A stretch of DNA of 45,990 nucleotides from NCBI GenBank assembly GCA_051306355.1, contig JBPPNA010000287.1, forward strand, positions 1 through 45,990. Direction: 5' to 3'. Source of the DNA: Acidimicrobiales bacterium (lineage in GTDB: Bacteria; Actinomycetota; Acidimicrobiia; Acidimicrobiales; Salinilacustritrichaceae). The notes under the pieces are model-generated. The model was not told where the DNA came from. It did not search any database and saw nothing but the letters and a program-made list of their open reading frames with translations. Shown here piece after piece: positions 37,122-45,471 of this stretch. Each line of letters opens with the position of its first letter. The stretch's first letter is position 1. Position numbers and translations under genes: made by a program.

Positions 37122-37928
37122 GTGTCAGCGCGGACGAGCCGCCGTCCGTCGCGCGCCACCCGATCCAGGGCGGCGCGGGCGCTGCTGCTGGTTGCCGTGA
37201 TCCTCCTCGGCGCAGCGTGCGAGCTGCGCACCGACGTCGACCTCACCGTCGAGCCTGATGGTTCGGGCGAGATCGAGGTGGCGATCGCCCTCGACGAGGA
37301 CGGGATGGAGGAGAACCCGGACCTGCTCGCCGAGCTCGACTTCTCCGACCTGGAGGCGACCGGCTGGGCCGTCGACGGTCCGGACCGTGACCCCGACGGG
37401 TTCACCCGCATCCGCGTCCGGCATCGATTCGGAGCCCCCGATGAGGTGGCCGGCCTGGTCAGCGAGATCGCCGGGGAGGACGGCCCGTTCCAGGACTTCT
37501 CCGTCGTCCGGGAGGATGCGTTCGCCGAGACCCGCTACCGCTTCGTCGGCGTGGTCGACTTCGCGGCCGGGGTCGAGGGGCTGACCGACGATCCGGCGCT
37601 GGCCGAGGCACTCGAGGCCGATCCCGTCGAACTGATCGAGGAGCGCCTCGGCGCGGCGATCGACCAGGTCCTGCGCTTCCAGGTGGCGGTGCGCCTCCCG
37701 GGAGACGTGGAGTCGAATGCCCCCACCGAGGCCACCAACGCCGCCGTGTGGCGACCGTCGGTCCTCGAGCGGGAGACCATCGAGCTCCGCGCCGCCTCCA
37801 GCCTGCGTCGCTCCGATCGCATCATCTGGCTGCTCGTGGCCGGGGTGGCGGGTTCCGCCGCCGTGCTCTTCGCCGCCATCCGCATCGTCTGGTGGCGCCG
37901 TTCGAAACGAGCCGTCCCGAGTTCCTGA
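37122..37928 (+). CDS. LppM-like lipoprotein with C-terminal TM anchor
   Basis: Lipobox LGAAC, DLTVEPDGSG, VRLPGDVESNA, C-terminal TM helix followed by WWRRSKR. Confidence 0.7.
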   Translation: MSARTSRRPSRATRSRAARALLLVAVILLGAACELRTDVDLTVEPDGSGEIEVAIALDEDGMEENPDLLAELDFSDLEATGWAVDGPDRDPDGFTRIRVRHRFGAPDEVAGLVSEIAGEDGPFQDFSVVREDAFAETRYRFVGVVDFAAGVEGLTDDPALAEALEADPVELIEERLGAAIDQVLRFQVAVRLPGDVESNAPTEATNAAVWRPSVLERETIELRAASSLRRSDRIIWLLVAGVAGSAAVLFAAIRIVWWRRSKRAVPSS

Positions 37929-37953
37929 CACCCCCCGTGCGGACAATGGAGTG

Positions 37954-39351
37954 GTGCCCACTCCCACCTCGACCTCCAGCGCCCGGCCGAACGGCCGCAA
38001 GCCCAGGACCGTTCACCGTTGCAGCGAGTGTGGCGCGGCCTCGCCGGTGTGGGCGGGACGTTGCCCGGGCTGTGACGAGTGGAACACCCTCGTCGAGGAG
38101 CGAGAGAGCCCGACGTCGGCGCCCGCCTCACTGACGCCCCGTGAGCCGGCTCGGCCCATCACCGAGGTCCTCCGCGACGAGATCCGTCCCGCCCCCACGG
38201 CGGTCGGGGAGCTGGATCGGGTCCTGGCCGGCGGGCTGGTCCCCGGGTCCGTCACGCTGGTGGGCGGCGAGCCCGGTATCGGAAAGTCCACGCTGCTCCT
38301 GCAGGCTGCGGCCGGCGCGGCCCGCAGCGGTACCACGGCGCTGTACGTCACCGCCGAGGAGTCAGCGGCCCACGTCCGTGGCCGCGCGGCACGCATCGAC
38401 GCCGACCCCGATGGCCTGTGGCTCGCCTCGGAGACCGATCTGACGGCGGTGCTGGGACATCTCGACGCCGTTCGTCCGGCCCTCGTGGTGATCGACTCCA
38501 TCCAGACGTTGCACGACCCGTCACTCTCGTCCGCCCCCGGGTCCGTGGCCCAGGTTCGTGAGTGCGCCCACCGCCTGGTCGCCGAGGCCCGTGCTCGGGG
38601 TACCGCGGTCGTGCTGGTCGGCCACGTCACCAAGGAGGGCGGTCTGGCCGGCCCCCGGGTGCTCGAGCATCTCGTCGACACCGTGCTGTCCTTCGAGGGC
38701 GACCGCCATCACGCCCTGCGCCTGCTGCGGGCGGTCAAGCACCGCTACGGGAGCACCGGCGAGCTCGGGGTGTTCGAGATGACCGAGCGAGGGCTGCGAG
38801 GTGTCGACGATCCCAGCGCCCTCTTCCTGTCCGACCGGCGGACGGGCGAGGCCGGCTCGGTCGTGGTGCCCATCCTCGACGGCGGTCGGCCACTGATGGT
38901 CGAGGTCCAGGCGCTGCTGGCCGCCTCGCCGCTCCCCACCCCCCGTCGCCAGGCCCAGGGCATCGACCACGGCCGGCTCGGGATGCTGCTCGCCGTGCTC
39001 GAGCAGCGCGCCGGCGTGTCGGTCGCCGGCAAGGACGTCTGGGTCACGGTGGCCGGCGGGGTCAAGGCCGCCGAGCCCGCCGTCGACCTGGGCATCGCCC
39101 TCGCCGTGGTGTCGGCCATCACAGATGTGGCCGTTCCCCCGGACGTCGTCGTGTGCGGCGAGATCGGCCTCGCCGGCGAGCTCCGCCAGGTCGGCCGGCT
39201 CGACCGGCGCATGGCCGAGGCCGCCCGCCTCGGGTTCCGCCGCATCATTGTGCCGCACAGCGCGCCGGAGCCGCCCGGGGGCTGTCGGGCGGTGCGCGCC
39301 GCCGGTCTGGCCGAGGCCATCGCCGCTGTGGGTGTCGCGTCCGCCACCTAG
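37954..39351 (+). CDS. radA: DNA repair protein RadA/Sms
   Basis: C4 zinc finger CSECG...CPGC, GEPGIGKST, VIDSIQT, KHRYG (KNRFG variant), Lon-like C-terminus. Start GTG 37951 or 37954. Confidence 0.96.
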   Translation: MPTPTSTSSARPNGRKPRTVHRCSECGAASPVWAGRCPGCDEWNTLVEERESPTSAPASLTPREPARPITEVLRDEIRPAPTAVGELDRVLAGGLVPGSVTLVGGEPGIGKSTLLLQAAAGAARSGTTALYVTAEESAAHVRGRAARIDADPDGLWLASETDLTAVLGHLDAVRPALVVIDSIQTLHDPSLSSAPGSVAQVRECAHRLVAEARARGTAVVLVGHVTKEGGLAGPRVLEHLVDTVLSFEGDRHHALRLLRAVKHRYGSTGELGVFEMTERGLRGVDDPSALFLSDRRTGEAGSVVVPILDGGRPLMVEVQALLAASPLPTPRRQAQGIDHGRLGMLLAVLEQRAGVSVAGKDVWVTVAGGVKAAEPAVDLGIALAVVSAITDVAVPPDVVVCGEIGLAGELRQVGRLDRRMAEAARLGFRRIIVPHSAPEPPGGCRAVRAAGLAEAIAAVGVASAT

Positions 39352-39411
39352 CGCGATCGCAGCCCGGCGCTCCCCGCCGAGCGCGTCGGACCGAAACGGT
39401 AAGCTGCGGTG

Positions 39412-40482
39412 GTGGCCGCCAAGAACTCTCCCGAGATGCTGGCGGCGCTCACGTTCGTCGCCCCGGGCGCTCCGCTTCGTGAGGGCCTCGACCGCATCCT
39501 CCAGGCCGAGATGGGCGCGCTGGTGGTGGTGGGCGACGGCCCCGACGTGCTGAACATCTGCTCCGGGGGCTTCCTCCTCGATGCCGCCTTCAGTCCCCAA
39601 CGGCTCTCCGAGCTGGCCAAGATGGACGGCGCCATCATCCTGGCGCCCGACGCCACCCGCATCGCCCGGGCCAACGTCCACCTCGTGCCGAACCCCAACG
39701 TCCCGACATCGGAGACCGGCACCCGGCACCGCACCGCCGAGCGTGTCGCCCGTTCCATCGACGTCACCGTCGTGTCGGTGTCGGAGGACCAACAGGTCAT
39801 CGCGGTCTACGTGGGCGACGAGAAGCATCCGCTCCAGCCCATCCCGATCCTGCTCAGCCGAGCCAACCAGGCACTGCAGACGCTCGAGCGGTACCGCAAC
39901 CGGCTCGACGACGTCACGGCCGCCCTCTCGGCGCTCGAGGTCGAAGACCTGGTCACCGTCCGCGACGTGGTCACCGTCCTGCAGCGCACCGAGATGGTCA
40001 GCCGCATCGCCGAGGAGCTGTCCTCCGACATCGTCGAGCTCGGCACCGACGGCCGCCTCATCAAGCTCCAGCTCGACGAGCTCATGGGCGGCGTCGAGGA
40101 CGATCGCACCCTGGTGCTGCGGGACTACTTCCGCGAGGAACAGACCTGGCACATCGAGGAGGCGCTCGACGCCCTCGCCGATCTGGGTACCGAGGACCTG
40201 CTCGACCTCCGAGCCGTCGGGTCGATGCTGCACCTGCCCGGTGCCATCGACCTCGATGCCTCGGTCCAGCCCCGTGGCTACCGGCTCCTGGCCCGCATCC
40301 CCCGCCTCCCCGACACCATCGTCGATGCCATCGTCGACCGCTTCGGATCGTTGCAGAAGATCATGCGGGCCACCATCGACGACCTCGACGACGTGGGTGG
40401 TGTGGGCGAGACCCGGGCCCGGGCGATCAAGGACGGTCTCGCTCGCCTCGCCGAATCCAGCATCCTCGACCGGTACGTCTAG
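39412..40482 (+). CDS. disA: DNA integrity scanning diadenylate cyclase DisA
   Basis: KMDGAII and ETGTRHRTAERVA catalytic motifs, C-terminal HhH (GVGETRA); follows radA. Start 39409 or 39412. Confidence 0.96.
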   Translation: MAAKNSPEMLAALTFVAPGAPLREGLDRILQAEMGALVVVGDGPDVLNICSGGFLLDAAFSPQRLSELAKMDGAIILAPDATRIARANVHLVPNPNVPTSETGTRHRTAERVARSIDVTVVSVSEDQQVIAVYVGDEKHPLQPIPILLSRANQALQTLERYRNRLDDVTAALSALEVEDLVTVRDVVTVLQRTEMVSRIAEELSSDIVELGTDGRLIKLQLDELMGGVEDDRTLVLRDYFREEQTWHIEEALDALADLGTEDLLDLRAVGSMLHLPGAIDLDASVQPRGYRLLARIPRLPDTIVDAIVDRFGSLQKIMRATIDDLDDVGGVGETRARAIKDGLARLAESSILDRYV

Positions 40483-40533
40483 CTTCTTGCCGCTCCGCTG
40501 GCGCTCGGCTCGGAGCTGTCCTAGACACGCGGC

Positions 40534-41193
40534 ATGCTCATCGAATTGCCGTCCGGCACGGCTGCGTTCCTCGCCACTCCTTCCGACGGAAGCGCCCCCT
40601 CGCGAGGTGTGGTCGTGGCGCCCGACATCGGGGGACTGCGCCCGCTGTTCGAGGACCTCTGCCAGCGGCTGGCCGACGAGCACGGCTGGGCGGTGTGTTC
40701 GCCCGAGCCCTGGCCCGGACGTGAGGGCCTCACCCTGGAGGATCGTCTCGGGGCCGTCGGGACCCTGGTCGACGCCGATGTGGTGGGAGACATCGTGGCC
40801 GCAGCCGACGCCAGCGGCGCCGAACCCGTCGGCGTGATCGGCTTCTGCATGGGCGGCATGTACACGCTGAAGGCGTCCGCCACCGGCCGCTTCGATCGGG
40901 CCGTGGCCTTCTACGGGATGATTCGGATCCCCGAGCAGTGGCGCAGCGATGTCCAGTCCGAGCCCCTCGACGCCGTGCGATCAGCCGAGGCCTGTCCCGT
41001 ACTGGCCTTCATCGGAACCGACGACGTCTGGACACCGCCCGAGGATGTCGATGCGCTCGAGGAGGCCGGCGCCGAGGTGGTGCGCTACGCCGGAGCCGAG
41101 CACGGGTTCATCCACGACCCCGACCGTCCCGTCCATCGGGCCGACTACGCCGCCGATGCGTGGCGGCGGGTGGTCACGTGGCTCGGCGGGTGA
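40534..41193 (+). CDS. Dienelactone hydrolase family protein
   Basis: GFCMGG nucleophile motif, D and HGF triad residues. Confidence 0.92.
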   Translation: MLIELPSGTAAFLATPSDGSAPSRGVVVAPDIGGLRPLFEDLCQRLADEHGWAVCSPEPWPGREGLTLEDRLGAVGTLVDADVVGDIVAAADASGAEPVGVIGFCMGGMYTLKASATGRFDRAVAFYGMIRIPEQWRSDVQSEPLDAVRSAEACPVLAFIGTDDVWTPPEDVDALEEAGAEVVRYAGAEHGFIHDPDRPVHRADYAADAWRRVVTWLGG

Positions 41194-41833
41194 GCTGCTC
41201 GCGGTCGGTGATCTCGTAGCGCCGGTCGCGCTGCTCGATCCAACCGAGCTTGACGAAGCTGGCGATGGCCTTGTTGACGCGCTCGCGTGATGCGCCCACC
41301 ATCCCGGCCAGCTCCTCCTGGGTCACCGGGAGCAGGAAGGCGTCCTGGTCGCCGGCCAGCTCGAGCAGCCGCTTGGCCGTCCGGCCGGTGACGTCGAGGA
41401 AGACCGAGTCGGCCAGGGCGGCGTCAGTGGAGCGGAGGCGCTGCGACAACATGGCCACCACGCGCCACAGCAGCTGCGGCCTGGACTCGTAGAGCTCGCG
41501 CAGCGGCCCGTAGCCGAGGACCGTCACGGTGGACGACTCGAGGGCGCGAGCTTCGGTCGAACGGCCCAATCCGTCGAAGAGCGGCATCTCGCCGAACATG
41601 TCGCCCCGCTCCATGAGCGCGATGACCGATTCGCGCCCGTCGATCGAGCGCTGCGTCATGGCGATGCGTCCGTCCTCGACCATGAACAGCTCGGCGGACT
41701 CGTCGTCCTCGGTGAACAGGACGTCGCCCCGACGTAGCTGCCGCTGGGTGGCCGCGTCGACGATCGTGTCCATCTCGTCCGCAGTGAGGTCGGAGAACAG
41801 ATCGGATGCGGACAGGAGGTCCCGGTCGGCCAC
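41174..41833 (-). CDS. Crp/Fnr-family regulator (cAMP receptor protein/GlxR-like)
   Basis: FGEMPLFDGLGRST cNMP-binding motif; HTH TQEELAGMVGASRERVNKA. Confidence 0.92.
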   Translation of the reverse strand: MADRDLLSASDLFSDLTADEMDTIVDAATQRQLRRGDVLFTEDDESAELFMVEDGRIAMTQRSIDGRESVIALMERGDMFGEMPLFDGLGRSTEARALESSTVTVLGYGPLRELYESRPQLLWRVVAMLSQRLRSTDAALADSVFLDVTGRTAKRLLELAGDQDAFLLPVTQEELAGMVGASRERVNKAIASFVKLGWIEQRDRRYEITDREQLTRRAT

Positions 41834-41890
41834 GTCCGGAATCTACGCCACGTGCCACCCCTGCTGTGACCGATGTCTACGCTCCCACCG

Positions 41891-42559
41891 ATGGACGGGA
41901 CCCGAGAGTCGAGCGGACCCGTGTGGACGGTCGTGGTGGCCGGCGGCGGAGGCGCCCGCTTCGGTGCCCCCAAGCAGTACGAGGAACTGGCTGGTCGCCA
42001 GGTGCTCGCATGGTCAGTGGCGGTGGCTGCCTCGACGACCGACGGGGTCGTCGTCGTGGTTCCTCCCGCCGACGCCGAAGGGCGCGTCGCGGGGGCCGAC
42101 CACGTGGTCGCGGGCGGTGCCAGCCGAGCGGCGTCGGTCCGAGCGGGGTTGGCCGCCGTCCCTCACGACGCCGCGGTCGTGTTGGTGCACGACGCCGCTC
42201 GTCCCGCCGCGTCGCCCGAACTCTTCCGCCGCGTGATCGCCGCCGTTCGCGCCGGTGCGGCGGGGGCGGTGCCGGCCGTCGCCGTGACCGATTCGCTGCG
42301 CCACCGCTCCGGCGAGGCAGTGGATCGCAGCCACCTCGTGGCGGTGCAGACGCCGCAGGGTTTCCGGGCCGACGTCCTGCGGACAGCCCACGCCGTCGGC
42401 GGCGATGCCAGCGACGACGCCACGCTGGTCGAACGTGGGGGTGGCACCATCGAGGTCGTGGACGGAGAGGTCACCAACATCAAGCTCACCCATCCCCAGG
42501 ATGGTCTCGTCCTCGAACAGATCCTCCGCGAGCGCGCACCCGACCGGTCCGGCTCGTGA
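41891..42559 (+). CDS. ispD: 2-C-methyl-D-erythritol 4-phosphate cytidylyltransferase
   Basis: AGGGGARFG.PKQY, GGASRAASV, VLVHDAARP, VQTPQGF, NIKLT. Start 41891 (TACGCT 7 nt upstream) or 41873. Confidence 0.95.
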   Translation: MDGTRESSGPVWTVVVAGGGGARFGAPKQYEELAGRQVLAWSVAVAASTTDGVVVVVPPADAEGRVAGADHVVAGGASRAASVRAGLAAVPHDAAVVLVHDAARPAASPELFRRVIAAVRAGAAGAVPAVAVTDSLRHRSGEAVDRSHLVAVQTPQGFRADVLRTAHAVGGDASDDATLVERGGGTIEVVDGEVTNIKLTHPQDGLVLEQILRERAPDRSGS

Positions 42560-43038
42560 CCGGCCGGGTCGGCATGGGTTTCGATGTCCACCCTCGCGGC
42601 GAAGACGCTGGCCGCGACCTGGTCCTCGGCGGGGTCCACTTCCCCGGTCCGGGCCTCGTCGGTCATTCCGATGCCGATGTGATCGCCCACGCCTGTGCGG
42701 ACGCGATGCTCGGTGCGGCCGGCCTGGGCGACATCGGTTCGCACTTCCCCGACACCGACGAGCGCTTCGCCGGCGCCGACAGCATCGAGCTCCTTCGCGC
42801 AGTGGGCGACGAGGTCCGGCGCGCGGGCTGGGCCGTGGCCAACGTCGATTGCTCCGTGGTCTGCGACGAGCCCAAGATCGCGCCCCACCGCGAACAGATG
42901 CAGGAGCGTCTGACTGCGGCCGCCGGTGGACCCGTGACGGTCAAGGGCACGCGGCCGGAGGGTCTCGGGGCGTTGGTGCGGGGCGAGGGCGTGGCGTGCT
43001 GGGCCGTCGCATTGCTCGAACGAGAGGAACAACCATGA
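42556..43038 (+). CDS. ispF: 2-C-methyl-D-erythritol 2,4-cyclodiphosphate synthase
   Basis: RVGMGFDVH, GHSDADVIAHA, LGDIGSHFPD. Confidence 0.96.
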   Translation: MTGRVGMGFDVHPRGEDAGRDLVLGGVHFPGPGLVGHSDADVIAHACADAMLGAAGLGDIGSHFPDTDERFAGADSIELLRAVGDEVRRAGWAVANVDCSVVCDEPKIAPHREQMQERLTAAAGGPVTVKGTRPEGLGALVRGEGVACWAVALLEREEQP

Positions 43039-44045
43039 GCCGAGGCAGACCAGGCAAGGGTTCCGGCCCCAAGAAGGCCAGCGCCGGCAAGGGTGGACGG
43101 AAGCCCGGCCCCAGGAAGGCCAGCACGGGCAAGGGTGGACGGAAGCCCGGCCCCGAGAAGGCCAGCACGGGCAAGCGTGGGCGCAAGCCGCCCGCCACGG
43201 CGCGGTCTGCGACGCCGGGTCGGCCACCGGCGAAGCGCACGCGCGGTCGCACCGGTCCCGTCGGCACCGGACGTGGTGCCCGCGCCGAGCGCCCCGGTCT
43301 CGGTGGCGAGCAGGTCGAGGGGATCCACGCCGTGCGCGAGCTGCTCCTCGCCGGCCGTCGTCGTGTGCACGAGTTGCTGATCTCCACCGATCGGGAGAGC
43401 TCCTCGGAGCTCGACGACATCCGCACCCTGGCCGCGCAGATGAACATCGCCGTCCTCGAACACGGGCGCTCGAAGCTCGACGCCGCCGCCCGCACCACCG
43501 CACACCAGGGCGTCATCGCACGCGCCGCATCGCTGCCAGAATCCGAACTCGACGACCTCGTGACCGATCGCGGGACCATCCCCTTCCTGCTGGCCTGCGA
43601 CGGGGTCACCGACCCCGGCAACCTCGGCGCCCTGCTGCGGACGGCCGAGTGTGCCGGCGTGACGGGCATCGTGCTGGCCCGCCACCGCGCCGTCCACGTC
43701 ACACCGGCGGTCACGAAGGCTGCGGCGGGGGCCATCGAGCACCTCCGGTTCGCCATCGTCGGTGGGATGCCCGCAGCGCTCGCCCGTGCCGAGGAGCTCG
43801 GTGCACTGGTCATCGGGCTGGACATGGGCGGCGACGTCTCCATCCATGACCTTCCCCCCGTCGACCGGCCCGTGGTCGTCGTGGTGGGTGCCGAGGGGCG
43901 CGGGCTCGGTCGCCTCGTCCGGGAACGGTGCGAGGTGGTGGCCAGCGTGCCGATGGCCGGCTCGATCGAGTCGCTCAACGTCAGCGTCGCCGGCGCGCTG
44001 GCGCTCTACGAGGTGGTCCGACGTCGGAGGACCGCGATCGAGTGA
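43035..44045 (+). CDS. rlmB: 23S rRNA (guanosine-2'-O)-methyltransferase RlmB with Lys/Arg-rich repeat N-terminus
   Basis: VEGIHAVRELL, HQGVIA, DPGNLGALLRTA, VGAEGRGL, ESLNVSVA (SPOUT motifs). Confidence 0.93.
   Translation: MSRGRPGKGSGPKKASAGKGGRKPGPRKASTGKGGRKPGPEKASTGKRGRKPPATARSATPGRPPAKRTRGRTGPVGTGRGARAERPGLGGEQVEGIHAVRELLLAGRRRVHELLISTDRESSSELDDIRTLAAQMNIAVLEHGRSKLDAAARTTAHQGVIARAASLPESELDDLVTDRGTIPFLLACDGVTDPGNLGALLRTAECAGVTGIVLARHRAVHVTPAVTKAAAGAIEHLRFAIVGGMPAALARAEELGALVIGLDMGGDVSIHDLPPVDRPVVVVVGAEGRGLGRLVRERCEVVASVPMAGSIESLNVSVAGALALYEVVRRRRTAIE
43065..43190 (+). repeat. 3 x 42-bp coding tandem repeat (GPxKASxGKxGRKP)
   Basis: GPKKASAGKGGRKP GPRKASTGKGGRKP GPEKASTGKRGRKP. Confidence 0.9.
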
Positions 44046-44157
44046 CGCGATCTGGCTCAGGCTGCTCGACGGTCAACTCGACGTCGACGAAGCACCCTTG
44101 GCAGCCGACGTCGCATGGCCCGAGACGCGTCGCCGTCGTTCGTGCGAGCATCTGACG

Positions 44158-45429
44158 GTGGCTGCCGGATCGGATCTCGACTTCGCCATCGTCACCCGCG
44201 GGGGGCATCCGGACTTCCTCGATCTGCCGTGGGGGACCCCGCTCGAGGAGTGGGATCACCACCGGATGATCCAGATGGCGCACGGCATCAGCCGCCACAT
44301 CGTGCGCTTCGTTCGCTACGACGACCGCGTGTACGCCCTGAAGGAGACCGGGTCGCACGCCGCGGAACACGAGTACCGGGCCCTCCGTGAGCTACGAGAC
44401 GAACACCTGCCCGTGGTCGAGCCCGTCGGCGTGGTGACGATCGGAGGTGCGGCGCCGGGAGCGGTGTTGGTCACGCGCTACCTCGACTACTCGCTGCCGT
44501 ACTGGTACGTGATCGGCCGCGAGCAGCGACCGGAGAGCTCGAACGTCCTCCTCGATGCCGGCGTGGTCCTGCTCGTGCGCCTGCACCTGGCCGGGGTCTT
44601 CTGGGGCGATTGTTCGCTGTCCAACACCCTGTTTCGACGGGACGCAGGCGCGATGATGGCCTACCTCGTGGATGCCGAGACCACCGAGAGGCAGCCGTCG
44701 ATCAGCGACCAGCTGCGCGAGCGCGACATCGAAATCGCATACGAGAACGTGGCCGGTGGCCTCCTCGACCTGCAGGCCTCGGGGCGGGTTCCCGCCGCTG
44801 TGGACCCGATCGAACTGGCCGACGAGCTTCGCCGGCGCTACCACGGGCTGTGGGAGGAGCTCACCCGTACCGACGAGATCGACTCGGTCGAGCGGTGGCG
44901 CATCGACCAGCGGGTGCGGCGGGTCAACGACATGGGCTTCGACGTCGAGGAGCTGGTGATCGGCTCGACGAGTGCTGGGAGCCGACTCCGGATCACCCCC
45001 ACGATCATCGAGGAGGGCCACCACTCTCGCGAGCTGCGCCGCCGCACCGGCCTCGAGGTGCAGGAGAACCAGGCCCGTCGGCTGCTGGCCGACATCGAGA
45101 GCTTCCGCGCCTGGATGGAGCGCCACGAGGACCGTCCGGTCCCGGCTGCGGTCGCCGCCGCCCGGTGGTTGGCCGACGTGTACGAACCGATCATCGAGGC
45201 CGTTCCCGACGACTTGCGTTCGCGCCTCGAGCCCGCCGAGTTCTTCCACCAGCTGCTCGAGCACCGCTACCTGATGGCGGAGCGAGCGGGCGCCGAGGTG
45301 ACCAACCCGGACGCGTTGGAGGACTTCCTCCAGACCATCCTGCCCGAACACCCCGCCGAGCAGCAGCTGCTCGGCCTGACGGCCCCCGATGTCGGCGGCC
45401 CAGAACCAACGTTGACAGGGTGGCCGTGA
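44158..45429 (+). CDS. DUF4032-domain protein with kinase-like N-terminal region
   Basis: LDLPWGTPLEEW, GISRHIVRFV, FWGDCSLSNTLFRRDAG, YLVDAET, VQENQARRLL. Start inferred at GTG 44158. Confidence 0.82.
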   Translation: MAAGSDLDFAIVTRGGHPDFLDLPWGTPLEEWDHHRMIQMAHGISRHIVRFVRYDDRVYALKETGSHAAEHEYRALRELRDEHLPVVEPVGVVTIGGAAPGAVLVTRYLDYSLPYWYVIGREQRPESSNVLLDAGVVLLVRLHLAGVFWGDCSLSNTLFRRDAGAMMAYLVDAETTERQPSISDQLRERDIEIAYENVAGGLLDLQASGRVPAAVDPIELADELRRRYHGLWEELTRTDEIDSVERWRIDQRVRRVNDMGFDVEELVIGSTSAGSRLRITPTIIEEGHHSRELRRRTGLEVQENQARRLLADIESFRAWMERHEDRPVPAAVAAARWLADVYEPIIEAVPDDLRSRLEPAEFFHQLLEHRYLMAERAGAEVTNPDALEDFLQTILPEHPAEQQLLGLTAPDVGGPEPTLTGWP

Positions 45430-45441
45430 AAGCGGTTACAT
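45412..45441 (+). promoter_or_regulatory. Promoter candidate (TTGACA-N18-TTACAT) overlapped by a LacI-family-type operator TGAAAGCGGTTACA
   Basis: TTGACA at 45412-45417; 14-bp pseudo-palindrome at 45427-45440 matching TGWNANCGNTNWCA. Confidence 0.55.
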
Positions 45442-45471
45442 CGACGACGCCGGGGGCCGGATGGAGGATGG

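Noticed and set aside
41865-41880. Crp autoregulatory site TGTGA-N6-TCTAC
   Set aside because: Only the left half-site matches TGTGA-N6-TCACA; too weak to call.
44046-44157. Short minus-strand Arg-rich ORF (MRRRLPRVLRRRRVDRRAA) or gene remnant between rlmB and DUF4032
   Set aside because: Codon usage is atypical and there is no supporting promoter or recognisable homology.
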